A DNA stretch of 64,000 bases, taken from positions 4,192 through 68,191 of the forward strand of contig CAZIYI010000002.1 of assembly GCA_964543485.1 (NCBI GenBank), in the 5' to 3' direction. The position numbers were made by a program, and so were the translations under genes. This document shows, one piece after another, positions 55,967 through 64,000 of this stretch. The stretch comes from an uncultured Candidatus Saccharibacteria bacterium. Lineage in GTDB: Bacteria; Patescibacteriota; Dojkabacteria; SC72. How positions within the stretch are numbered: position 1 is the stretch's first letter; the number at the start of each line of letters is the position of its first letter. The notes beneath the pieces are model-generated. The model was not told the origin of the DNA, searched no databases, and worked only from the letters and a program-made list of their open reading frames with translations.

Positions 55967-57248
55967 TTACTAAGTACTCAAATGTCAAAGTATTTCTACT
56001 AGACATAAACTCTATTCTATTGGAAGTGAAATGAGAAAAAACTGCTCCATTCTTTAAATCTCCCTCGACTATAACCTTCTCGCCCATTTGAGGAATTTTA
56101 AGAATTTGTAAAACTGAACCTAAACCGTAAATATCTCTCTCCGCAACATTTTGGGATGATACTTTACCAGAAAATATAATTTTATTTTTACCTTGAGAAG
56201 AAACTTCGGGGATCAATATCTTGAATGCATTGGGTAGAACATCCCCTCTAAATACAACTATGTCTTCCGATTGCTCCTTTTCTATCATACTTTTACCAAA
56301 TGTTAGCATTTTGTTCTCATTGTCTATATACAAATCTATAACACCTTCTAATTCTAAACCATCAATTAGAGAAAAAAGTAGCTCTCTTTTCGTAAGTAGT
56401 TTGGGAATATTACCTGATACAAAAATAGCTGTATTTCTCCCAATCATATCACCCAACCTCTCCTTGTTTTGATGTTTAATGGAAAGCAATTGAAGTGTTG
56501 TAAAAGCCCTAAGTAAATCTCGTAACACTGGATCTAAAATGTATTCACAGTTATGAGCAATTAAATTCGCCCATTTATTAGATATATCCTCTGATGAAGA
56601 ATCCGAAGAGAGAAATGATTGAATCTTAGAACTTTTTATGAAATCAATCAGCCCTATTTCATTTCCCCAATCGATTTTAAAAGTAGAAAAACCGATTTCA
56701 TTGGAAGCAGCTTTTGAGAATATACTTGAGGATGTATGTATATTCTTTTTTCTGTATATTGAAAAATGAGAGATATCTAAATCTATCCAGATTACATCAT
56801 TGTAACCCAATCTATTTACAAGACCCTCTATTAACACCTCAAATTGCCTATTATCTAAAATCTTAAGAGCAATATCATTAGAGAATTCTTTTAAAGAAAT
56901 CAATATATTTTTAAAAAATGGCTGGTTATCATCTACAATGACTTTTATTCCAGATACTCCTATCTCTTCCTTTTCAAAATTCTTTATCTTAAAAATACCT
57001 TCATAAGTTCTATCAACAATATCCCAATCAAATATTTTTTCTAAAGAATCAAAATACTCATACCAGAAATCTTTCGAAAAGGACAAATCATCTAATCTAA
57101 ATTTTAAAGGTGACAAATCTGTAGAATCAGAAAGAATATATGTTTTTTGAGAAGTAATATCAGAATATGCTAAATTCGCATATATAAAATTATCTTTTAT
57201 TAATAAAGTAAGATACGCATTCTTGTTTAACATAGGCAGTTGATTCAT
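55866..57248 (-). CDS. hypothetical protein (460 aa) downstream of rpsR
   Basis: Intact ORF in the rpsF-ssb-rpsR operon direction. N-terminus LTLLIKDNFIYANLA has the rhythm of an actin-like ATPase phosphate-1 strand (FtsA/PilM-like), but no further motifs could be confirmed. Confidence 0.4.
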   Translation of the reverse strand: MNQLPMLNKNAYLTLLIKDNFIYANLAYSDITSQKTYILSDSTDLSPLKFRLDDLSFSKDFWYEYFDSLEKIFDWDIVDRTYEGIFKIKNFEKEEIGVSGIKVIVDDNQPFFKNILISLKEFSNDIALKILDNRQFEVLIEGLVNRLGYNDVIWIDLDISHFSIYRKKNIHTSSSIFSKAASNEIGFSTFKIDWGNEIGLIDFIKSSKIQSFLSSDSSSEDISNKWANLIAHNCEYILDPVLRDLLRAFTTLQLLSIKHQNKERLGDMIGRNTAIFVSGNIPKLLTKRELLFSLIDGLELEGVIDLYIDNENKMLTFGKSMIEKEQSEDIVVFRGDVLPNAFKILIPEVSSQGKNKIIFSGKVSSQNVAERDIYGLGSVLQILKIPQMGEKVIVEGDLKNGAVFSHFTSNRIEFMSSRNTLTFEYLVIDGRHRPIVYGPSAQNNRIKFKVWGDGDKEQDI

Positions 57249-57337
57249 CGTACTAATAGTTTACCAATTTAACAGTATTTTTCCAACAAAAAAGGGAGAG
57301 TTACCCCTCCCCTTGTAAAAACATATTTAAAAAATCT

Positions 57338-57682
57338 TTATACCTCTCTTGAAATATATGGCAACAAAGCCATAAATCTTGCTCTCTTAATTGATTTTTT
57401 TAACTGCTTCTGGTGCTTATGACAAGCTCCAGATTTCTCAACAGATATTATCTTACCTCTTACAGATGTAAATTTCTTTAATTGATAAACATCTTTGTAA
57501 GAAACCTCCTTAATACCAGAATCACATAGAGGACACGAAAGGTTTTGAATTATCTTCCTTCTCCTTCTCTGTTTCTTTTTACCACCGTACTGCTCTGTAG
57601 ACTCTTCCTCTACAACGCTCTTCTCATCAAAGACATCATCTATAGTTGGTGCTATTTTTTTTGTTACTTCCTCTTCCATCAA
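57338..57682 (-). CDS. rpsR: 30S ribosomal protein S18 (with acidic/basic N-terminal extension)
   Basis: ...CPLCDSGIKEVSYKDVYQLKKFTSVRGKIISVEKSGACHKHQKQLKKSIKRARFMALLPY matches the S18 core (F/C.F....IDYKD...L..F..E.GKI..R..TG....QR.L..AIKRAR.L.LLPY). Confidence 0.8.
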   Translation of the reverse strand: MMEEEVTKKIAPTIDDVFDEKSVVEEESTEQYGGKKKQRRRRKIIQNLSCPLCDSGIKEVSYKDVYQLKKFTSVRGKIISVEKSGACHKHQKQLKKSIKRARFMALLPYISREV

Positions 57683-57700
57683 TTAATTACTTAATACAAA

Positions 57701-58177
57701 TTAAAATGGTAAATCAGAATCCTCTAATGGATCATCAGTTGCAACATCTTCCTCGACTGTTGCTGGAGTCTCAACCTCTTCCTCTGACTCCTGTGGCTTT
57801 TCATGATTTGAATCACCCTCAAAACCCGCACCCTGTTTACCCTTACTATCTAAAAGAATCATATCGTTTACTCTTACCTCTGTCTTGTATCTTGTAGCGC
57901 CATCATCTGCCTCCCAAGACCTAGTAGTAAGAGATCCCTCTATGTATACCTTCATTCCCTTCGCTAAAAGTTGCTGACATATCTCTGCCATTTTATTCCA
58001 TGCAACTATGTTATGGAATTCTGCAACCTCTTTTACATTACCATCTTGATCCTTCCAAGATTTATTAGTTGCCATTCCAAATGTTACAACTGGAGTTCCT
58101 CCTGTTGTATACCTTATCTCTGGTTCTCTTGTTAGATTACCTATCAACTGAACCTTATTTAAAGACCTTGCTGACAT
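57701..58177 (-). CDS. ssb: single-stranded DNA-binding protein
   Basis: OB fold: NKVQLIGNLTREPEIRYTTGGTPVVTFGMATN...FHNIVAWNKMAE. Acidic C-terminal tail ending DSDLPF. Confidence 0.9.
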   Translation of the reverse strand: MSARSLNKVQLIGNLTREPEIRYTTGGTPVVTFGMATNKSWKDQDGNVKEVAEFHNIVAWNKMAEICQQLLAKGMKVYIEGSLTTRSWEADDGATRYKTEVRVNDMILLDSKGKQGAGFEGDSNHEKPQESEEEVETPATVEEDVATDDPLEDSDLPF

Positions 58178-58241
58178 TTTTTGTATATATATAAATTTAA
58201 CTTACCTTAATCTTAACACCCAAATATTACAAAATATTGAA

Positions 58242-58595
58242 CTAAACCTCTATCTCTTTCTTCTTAATACCCTTACCAATTTTATCTGTATTATCAACCT
58301 GAATTATCATAAATCTTAGTAACTCTTGCCTTAATTGTAATAATCTTTTCATCTCATTAATATTACCTGGAACATTTCTGAAGTTGTAAACAATGTAATA
58401 CCCCTCATTATGACCCTGTATCTTGTATGCAAGATATCTTTTACCCCATACATCCACATCTAAAACCTCTCCACCATCCTTACTCATCATAGCCATAAAC
58501 TCTTTATGTACACTCTTTCTTAAATCATCAGGTAAGAGTGGTTTAAGAGCAATCATTAATTCATATGTTTTCATTTCCTTTTTAGCAACAGCCAT
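58242..58595 (-). CDS. rpsF: 30S ribosomal protein S6 (probable true start at MKTYELMIAL)
   Basis: MKTYELMIALKPLLPDD... is S6-like (MRHYEIVFMVHPD). In rpsF-ssb-rpsR order. Confidence 0.75.
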   Translation of the reverse strand: MAVAKKEMKTYELMIALKPLLPDDLRKSVHKEFMAMMSKDGGEVLDVDVWGKRYLAYKIQGHNEGYYIVYNFRNVPGNINEMKRLLQLRQELLRFMIIQVDNTDKIGKGIKKKEIEV

Positions 58596-58663
58596 TTATC
58601 TTTTAAATATATTTTAACTAAGCAGAAGGATTTTAGCAGAAAAAAAGAGATATTACAATTGTA

Positions 58664-59788
58664 TTAGGTATTAGCAAGAATGATAATATAGTCACCATCA
58701 TTAACAATATACTCTCTACCATGATTTTTTATCATCCCCTTCTCTTTTGCAGTATTCCAGCCACCGACATCAATCAACTCATCTACATTAACCACATCTG
58801 CTGTAATAAAGTTCTTACCCAAATCAGTATGTATTACACTTGCAGCACTCTTAACATCTGCCCCCCTTTCAATACTCCATGCGTTACACTCCTTTTGAGA
58901 GCCAGTATAGAAGGTAATTAGATTTAATCTATCATATGCACTCATAATTACATCCTCTACTGTAATTGGCTTTTTACCCAATAATTCAACATACTCCTTA
59001 AACTCATCTTCATTCATACTAGCCAAATCAGAAAGTAATTTAACATCAACCTCAAGTACATACTTACATGCCTCATCTTTACAAATACCTCCTAACTCTT
59101 TCTTCCATTTCTCAATACTCTCTTCCTCTAAACCCTCTTTACAGTTTAGGACAATAACTCTCTGCTTGTTAGTTAACAACCATAACTCATTTACTACCCT
59201 TCTCTCATCATTAGTAAGAGATATATCTATAACTGGAATACCCTCATTTAAACCTTTAAGAACCTTTTCTAATACACTTAGTTCTAGCGCAATACTTTCG
59301 GTAATTCCAGGTCTTGAATTTCTCTTAACCGTATCATATCTCTTTTCAACACTCTCTAAATCTTTAATTATCAATTCAGATTGAACAATCTCAAAATCAT
59401 CAACAGGATCTACCCTATTGTATACATGTACAACCTCTTCACTCTTAAAAGCCCTAAGAACATATATTATTACATCAACCTCTCTAATATGAGAAAGAAA
59501 CTGATTACCTAGCCCCTCACCCTTAGAAGCACCCTTAACTAGTCCTGCGATATCAACAAATGTCATAGCAGAGGGTACAACCTTTTGGGCTTTAAAGAAG
59601 TCAGATAATCTATCTAATCTAATATCTGGTATCTGTACAACCCCAATATTCTTATCTATCGTACAGAAAGGGTAGTTCTCGGCAGGTACAGATTTTTTTG
59701 TCAATGCATTAAACAGTGTAGATTTACCAGAATTTGGTAAACCAACAATACCAAGGGATAGTGTGTGTGACCTAGTTACATTCTCCAT
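58664..59788 (-). CDS. ychF: ribosome-binding ATPase YchF (Obg-family, with C-terminal TGS domain)
   Basis: G1 motif LSLGIVGLPNSGKSTLFNALT, NxxE-type G4 and a C-terminal TGS region (NAWSIERGADVKSAASVIHTDLGKNFI). Confidence 0.85.
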   Translation of the reverse strand: MENVTRSHTLSLGIVGLPNSGKSTLFNALTKKSVPAENYPFCTIDKNIGVVQIPDIRLDRLSDFFKAQKVVPSAMTFVDIAGLVKGASKGEGLGNQFLSHIREVDVIIYVLRAFKSEEVVHVYNRVDPVDDFEIVQSELIIKDLESVEKRYDTVKRNSRPGITESIALELSVLEKVLKGLNEGIPVIDISLTNDERRVVNELWLLTNKQRVIVLNCKEGLEEESIEKWKKELGGICKDEACKYVLEVDVKLLSDLASMNEDEFKEYVELLGKKPITVEDVIMSAYDRLNLITFYTGSQKECNAWSIERGADVKSAASVIHTDLGKNFITADVVNVDELIDVGGWNTAKEKGMIKNHGREYIVNDGDYIIILANT

Positions 59789-59873
59789 TTATCAAGATAT
59801 CTCGTAATATATTAAGATTCTGATTATACCACTTTTAAATACTCCATTTCTAAAGTAATATATCAATATATAT

Positions 59874-61727
59874 ATGAAACTGTCCAAAGCACTACTTACA
59901 ACTTTAATATTTTGTTTTACCTTACTACTCTCTTTTTCAAAAATACAGGCAATTACATATGACTTCATACTTACAAATGACACAACGGTAAAATATATTA
60001 CTGGGAATGAATATGTAGAAGTAACAAACAGTTTTAAAAGAGAAGTTAAAAACAGTAAATACTTTGTATCTACTGTGGGAGAAAAAACTTTTCATATTCC
60101 TGATATCCGCTCAAATGATGATCAGGATATTGATACTGAAAGACTTTTTAAAAAAGATTCTCTCTCTGTTAAATCTAATACTGGTAAAGATATTGAATAT
60201 ACCATTGAGGAATTAGAGAAGGGAGAAGGAATGTATATTAAAGTACCAAATTACAAAGAAACTAGGTATGGTACTCCCTATGAAGTCATATTAACATATA
60301 ATACTCATGATTTTTTAAAAAAAGTATATGATTCTGTGATAATTCAATACCCAATATTAAGTGAGGATACTCAGTTTGAACAGGAAGATGAAAGTACAAA
60401 TACAACTGCCCAAATCAATTACAATCTGAATTTTGAATTTGACAACGATATTCCACCTCTCGTTAAAATTTTCCCCTCAGAATACACTTCCAATACTCTC
60501 GCTAATGATTCTGGTACTAAATATTCCTTCTCTTCTCAACAAAGACTTGGAAATCCAATATATTTAGAATTTGGTACTAACCAAGTGTATAGATTTGAAC
60601 TTAATTTAGAAACTAAAAAAACAGATGGTTTTGTACCAGAAAAATACTCATTAAATCTCCCCTTCCTTTCTACAAATATATATCAAGTTTCTTTACCAAG
60701 GGAGTTTCAAGAGAACAATCAAAGTGTTAAAGTTGAGAAAGTGTCCCCTACCCCAACTAAACTTTTCGTAAATGAAGAGGGTAATGTCACAGCTACATTT
60801 GAAGTCCCCGCTAATACAGATAGTAACATTCAAGTATCTGGATATATTTGGCTAGAGCAAAAACCCTTAAATGACAAATTGCCAATCCCTAATCCTAAGT
60901 ACACTGGCTATGTAGAGGAAATCAGGAGAGATCCTAATCTATCAAAATATCTCCTACCTACAAATTACTGGGAAGTCAACGATACATATATTCAGCAGGA
61001 AGCAAAAAATATACTAGGTGATAACGTGTATCTTCTAGACCTTGTTAGATCTGTATATGGATATATAAATGAGAAACTGGAATACAATGATACCAAAGCA
61101 AATGATTTAACATCAAAAAGAATTGGAGCAAAAGCCGCCCTACAAGGAGGACCCTCTGTGTGTATGGAGTACTCTGACTCCATGATTGCAATACTTCGAG
61201 CACTTGGTATACCTGCAAGAGGAGCGTTAGGATACACCTCACTTAGTACCAATCAAGATGTCAAAATTAGTCACCAATGGGTACAGCTTTGGATTCCAGA
61301 TTACGGATGGTTAAGTATAGATCCAACCTACGAGAGCAGTAACATGATGATTGGCCAAAGTATTGATTACGTTCTTTGGAGTACTTTCTTTGATAACAAC
61401 ATTTCGGATATAAATGTACTTACCGCAAATATAGAAAACTTAGATTTCGATGCGAACACTTTTGAGGTTAAGGTATATGCAATAGAGAGTACTCTAGTTC
61501 CTACAGATTTAATGTCATACTCAGATATTCAAATTGAAAACAATGATGATAGTAGTACAAAGGAGTATTTAAATGTTCTCGTTAAAACAACACCTCTTGG
61601 GAAAGCATTACTAATATTACTTCCTATTACAGTAGTATTGATATTACTAATACTTTTACTTTCACTGATAGTACTTCTTGTTAAACGACTTAAAACTCGT
61701 AAAGCTTCTCCAAATCAATCGCTTTAA
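59874..61727 (+). CDS. secreted transglutaminase-like (papain-fold Cys-His-Asp) protein with C-terminal membrane anchor
   Basis: Signal peptide. Core GGPSVCMEYSDSMIAILRALGIPARGALGY (Cys), SHQWVQLWIPDYGW (His) and LSIDPT (Asp). C-terminal hydrophobic helix + KRLKTRK. Confidence 0.6.
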   Translation: MKLSKALLTTLIFCFTLLLSFSKIQAITYDFILTNDTTVKYITGNEYVEVTNSFKREVKNSKYFVSTVGEKTFHIPDIRSNDDQDIDTERLFKKDSLSVKSNTGKDIEYTIEELEKGEGMYIKVPNYKETRYGTPYEVILTYNTHDFLKKVYDSVIIQYPILSEDTQFEQEDESTNTTAQINYNLNFEFDNDIPPLVKIFPSEYTSNTLANDSGTKYSFSSQQRLGNPIYLEFGTNQVYRFELNLETKKTDGFVPEKYSLNLPFLSTNIYQVSLPREFQENNQSVKVEKVSPTPTKLFVNEEGNVTATFEVPANTDSNIQVSGYIWLEQKPLNDKLPIPNPKYTGYVEEIRRDPNLSKYLLPTNYWEVNDTYIQQEAKNILGDNVYLLDLVRSVYGYINEKLEYNDTKANDLTSKRIGAKAALQGGPSVCMEYSDSMIAILRALGIPARGALGYTSLSTNQDVKISHQWVQLWIPDYGWLSIDPTYESSNMMIGQSIDYVLWSTFFDNNISDINVLTANIENLDFDANTFEVKVYAIESTLVPTDLMSYSDIQIENNDDSSTKEYLNVLVKTTPLGKALLILLPITVVLILLILLLSLIVLLVKRLKTRKASPNQSL

Positions 61728-63198
61728 CCCCCTCATCTAATCGGTCCTGTGCAGTAGCGTAAAGCGTCATTAGTACATCACCTTTCTCTACTTTGTCTCC
61801 AGGCATCTTGTCTACATATATACCCGCCTCTTTTATCCTTGGTGTCCCCAATGATCTCGCAATCTCTACTACTTCTCTGGTACATATATTTTTAACTACA
61901 CCTGATTTAGTTGCTTTAATCTGATATTTTAATTCTCCTGGTTTTAAATCTTTTGCTTTAACTATTTTCTTTGCTCCCTGTTGCGTAGCTATATCCCAGA
62001 ATTTCTTTAGGGCTTTGCCTGAATCTAGAATATCTTGAGCAAATTTCTTACCCGTACCCTTCTTTGCCTTCCCTACTCCTTCAAAAATCTCACTTGCCAT
62101 AGATAGGACAGTTTCCTCTAACTCTTCGGAACGTTTCTCATCCCTTTCCAAAACCTTTAAACACTCTTTCATTTCAAGTACGGGACCAACCCCATTACCA
62201 TCTGGACCCTTTACTACTCTTTTATGTGTTACACACTTAATATCAAATTTATGAAATAGTTTCTCAAACTCTCTTTTCAAAAATTCTAAATCATCCGGCT
62301 TCTCTATTTTAGTACCTTTACCATATGGCAAATCAATCAATACAAAAGATGACCCCATGGCTATTTTTTTAGCAACAATACTTACTAATACCTTCTGGAA
62401 TTCTTGTACTCTAAGAGATCTCTCAACATTGATGATTTCATCGTCAGCTGGGGCTAAATACAATGCTCCACCCCATACCATACATGCCCCAACCTTTTCA
62501 ACTACCTTGTATACTTGCTCTTTATCTAAAGCCACTGGCATAACAGTCTCTAAAATATCCGTGGTACCAGCAGGAGAAGTAATGGCCCTAGTTGATGTAT
62601 TAGGAACTACCAAGCCACCAGCAGCTAATATCGGAACTAGTATTGGGGTAATACCTTTGCCAGCAGTACCACCAATGGAGTGTTTATCAACTACAAGACC
62701 TTTATTGTTTCTAATATATTTAAAATCTAAAATCTCTCCAGATTCGGCCATACCCTTAGTCATCGAATATATCTCATCTTCAGTAAAGCCCGGATTAAAG
62801 AAAGTAGATACAAAAAAGGCAATTTCTGTCTCCTTAAGCTTCCTTGAGCCAATATCTCTCATAATTGAGAGAAGTTCCTGTTCATTCAACCTCTGACCAG
62901 ACAATTTTTTTCTAATAGCATCAAGTGCATCACTGGTAGAAGGTATATCTAAAAGCAATCTCCTACCCTCTGGGATATGATATTCCTCATAGATCTCCTC
63001 ATAGAGACCTACATTCCCGACAGTCACCTTGGTATCAGTAATTATAACTTTTACGTAAAGCTCAACATCCCTATACCCTAGTAAAACTATATCCCCCTCC
63101 TTAATGCCAAGCTCTTCCGCATCCTTCTGGTTGAGTACAACGAACAGTTCTTTGCCCGCTCCTAGATCAAGTTTTTTACCCTTTAGATATAGTGCCAT
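61690..63198 (-). CDS. AMP phosphorylase (archaeal-type 500-aa thymidine-phosphorylase-family enzyme, DeoA-like)
   Basis: Pyrimidine-nucleoside phosphorylase core DKHSIGGTAGKGITPILVPILAAGGLVVPNTSTRAITSPAGTTDILE, plus the about 90-aa N-terminal extension typical of AMP phosphorylases. 502 aa. Confidence 0.65.
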   Translation of the reverse strand: MALYLKGKKLDLGAGKELFVVLNQKDAEELGIKEGDIVLLGYRDVELYVKVIITDTKVTVGNVGLYEEIYEEYHIPEGRRLLLDIPSTSDALDAIRKKLSGQRLNEQELLSIMRDIGSRKLKETEIAFFVSTFFNPGFTEDEIYSMTKGMAESGEILDFKYIRNNKGLVVDKHSIGGTAGKGITPILVPILAAGGLVVPNTSTRAITSPAGTTDILETVMPVALDKEQVYKVVEKVGACMVWGGALYLAPADDEIINVERSLRVQEFQKVLVSIVAKKIAMGSSFVLIDLPYGKGTKIEKPDDLEFLKREFEKLFHKFDIKCVTHKRVVKGPDGNGVGPVLEMKECLKVLERDEKRSEELEETVLSMASEIFEGVGKAKKGTGKKFAQDILDSGKALKKFWDIATQQGAKKIVKAKDLKPGELKYQIKATKSGVVKNICTREVVEIARSLGTPRIKEAGIYVDKMPGDKVEKGDVLMTLYATAQDRLDEGVKAIDLEKLYEF

Positions 63199-63218
63199 AA
63201 TTTTTCGTTTTTAATATA

Positions 63219-64000
63219 TTAATCAAAAAGCCAAGTATATTTACTCTTAACTATACCAGCAATCTCCTCTGGTTTAATAATACCAAATTCGGTCATAAAT
63301 CCAGAAATCAATTTACTATCAATAATCTCAAAGGCAGGGTTAAACATCTTAATACCTTTAGGTGCATCATGCCACAATTCATGATCCTCACGAATTTCTA
63401 TAGATATATCCCTATGAGTAACTTCGGGATTTATCTTCAAAAGTGGTGAAACAATATATACTGGGGTACTTGAATAGTTCGCAGCAACAGCAATTCCCCA
63501 GCTTCCTATCTTGTTAATACAGTAACCATCTAGAGTGATTTCATCACAACCCATAAACACTCCATCTATCGGAACAGAGCCCCTACCGATTGTAAACGAC
63601 TCCGCTGCACTATCAGCAATCAAAGTAGTAGAAATACCTGCCTCCAAAAGACTTTTCGCAGTTATTCTTCCCTGGAAACGAGGTCTAGTTTCTGTACATA
63701 CTGCATCAAATGAGGACTTTCCTTGCGCAATCTCTTTTATTATACTTACAGCCGTAGATGAGTGACAATGAGTTAAAACATTTTCGAAATTTCTTACATA
63801 AGGAACACATAAATCAACAATAGCTCTCTTTGAATCCGCAATCTTAAAAAGGTATTCATCACAGTACTCATTAAGTTGCTGTTTCATATCATTTAAAGAA
63901 TGTAAATCAGAGAAATGCTGTTTAAATGAATGTGCTACATACTTGACTGCATTTCTTGCTAACGGCTCATTCAATCTTGCATTAGCCAATTTGTACCCGA
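63219..64000 (-). CDS. ribose-1,5-bisphosphate isomerase (eIF-2B alpha/beta/delta-like, e2b2 family), probably 5'-truncated by the window edge
   Basis: e2b2/MtnA-family motif VFMGCDEITLDGYCINKIGSWGIAVAANYSSTPVYIVSPLLKI. Reading frame stays open to position 64000. Confidence 0.55.
   Translation of the reverse strand, partial: GYKLANARLNEPLARNAVKYVAHSFKQHFSDLHSLNDMKQQLNEYCDEYLFKIADSKRAIVDLCVPYVRNFENVLTHCHSSTAVSIIKEIAQGKSSFDAVCTETRPRFQGRITAKSLLEAGISTTLIADSAAESFTIGRGSVPIDGVFMGCDEITLDGYCINKIGSWGIAVAANYSSTPVYIVSPLLKINPEVTHRDISIEIREDHELWHDAPKGIKMFNPAFEIIDSKLISGFMTEFGIIKPEEIAGIVKSKYTWLFD

Noticed and set aside
1-64000. CRISPR arrays
   Set aside because: No series of regularly spaced 24-40-bp direct repeats was seen anywhere in the window. 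The only tandem repeats are in-frame coding repeats at 20569..20770, 32205..32500 and 32974..33112.
1-64000. Alternative genetic code (UGA=Gly, code 25) as in some CPR lineages
   Set aside because: All long conserved genes (gyrA, gyrB, pilB, dnaB, prfA) are intact under the standard code with no in-frame UGA interruptions, and genes terminate on TAA/TAG. Standard code 11 assumed.

Overview
AT-rich (roughly one-third GC) bacterial chromosomal fragment that is gene-dense, uses the standard genetic code and carries a Gram-positive-type envelope toolkit (sortase, LCP-like, FemAB-like, VanY-like, LspA), consistent with a CPR/Patescibacteria-like or other reduced Gram-positive-type bacterium. Core content: a complete type IV pilus operon (pilB-pilT-pilC-major pilin-pilD-four minor/pseudo-pilins-CheY-like receiver-large membrane protein-Cys-rich secreted protein) at 1..12165 (-); holB-like/gyrB/gyrA; ruvC-ruvA-ruvB with yebC; tRNA-Leu(CAA); dnaB; hsp20; rpmE-prfA-prmC; htrA and ctpA proteases; the rpsF-ssb-rpsR-ychF block; a transglutaminase-like protein; and an archaeal-type AMP phosphorylase plus ribose-1,5-bisphosphate isomerase pair at the right edge. 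The accessory-like stretch at about 19.3-36.5 kb holds a sortase, repeat proteins, VanY-like peptidase, two GT2 glycosyltransferases, a 1203-aa polytopic membrane protein, a three-paralog family cluster, a GC-rich (probably horizontally acquired) secreted-protein gene and a Xer-type tyrosine recombinase next to a dif-like palindrome. One real partial CDS (1..752, -) is missing from the ORF track because it runs off the window edge. Non-coding candidates include intrinsic terminators, a 55-bp repeated intergenic motif, a CIRCE-like operator upstream of hsp20 and a GC-rich structured spacer between hsp20 and rpmE. No CRISPR array and no rRNA were found.
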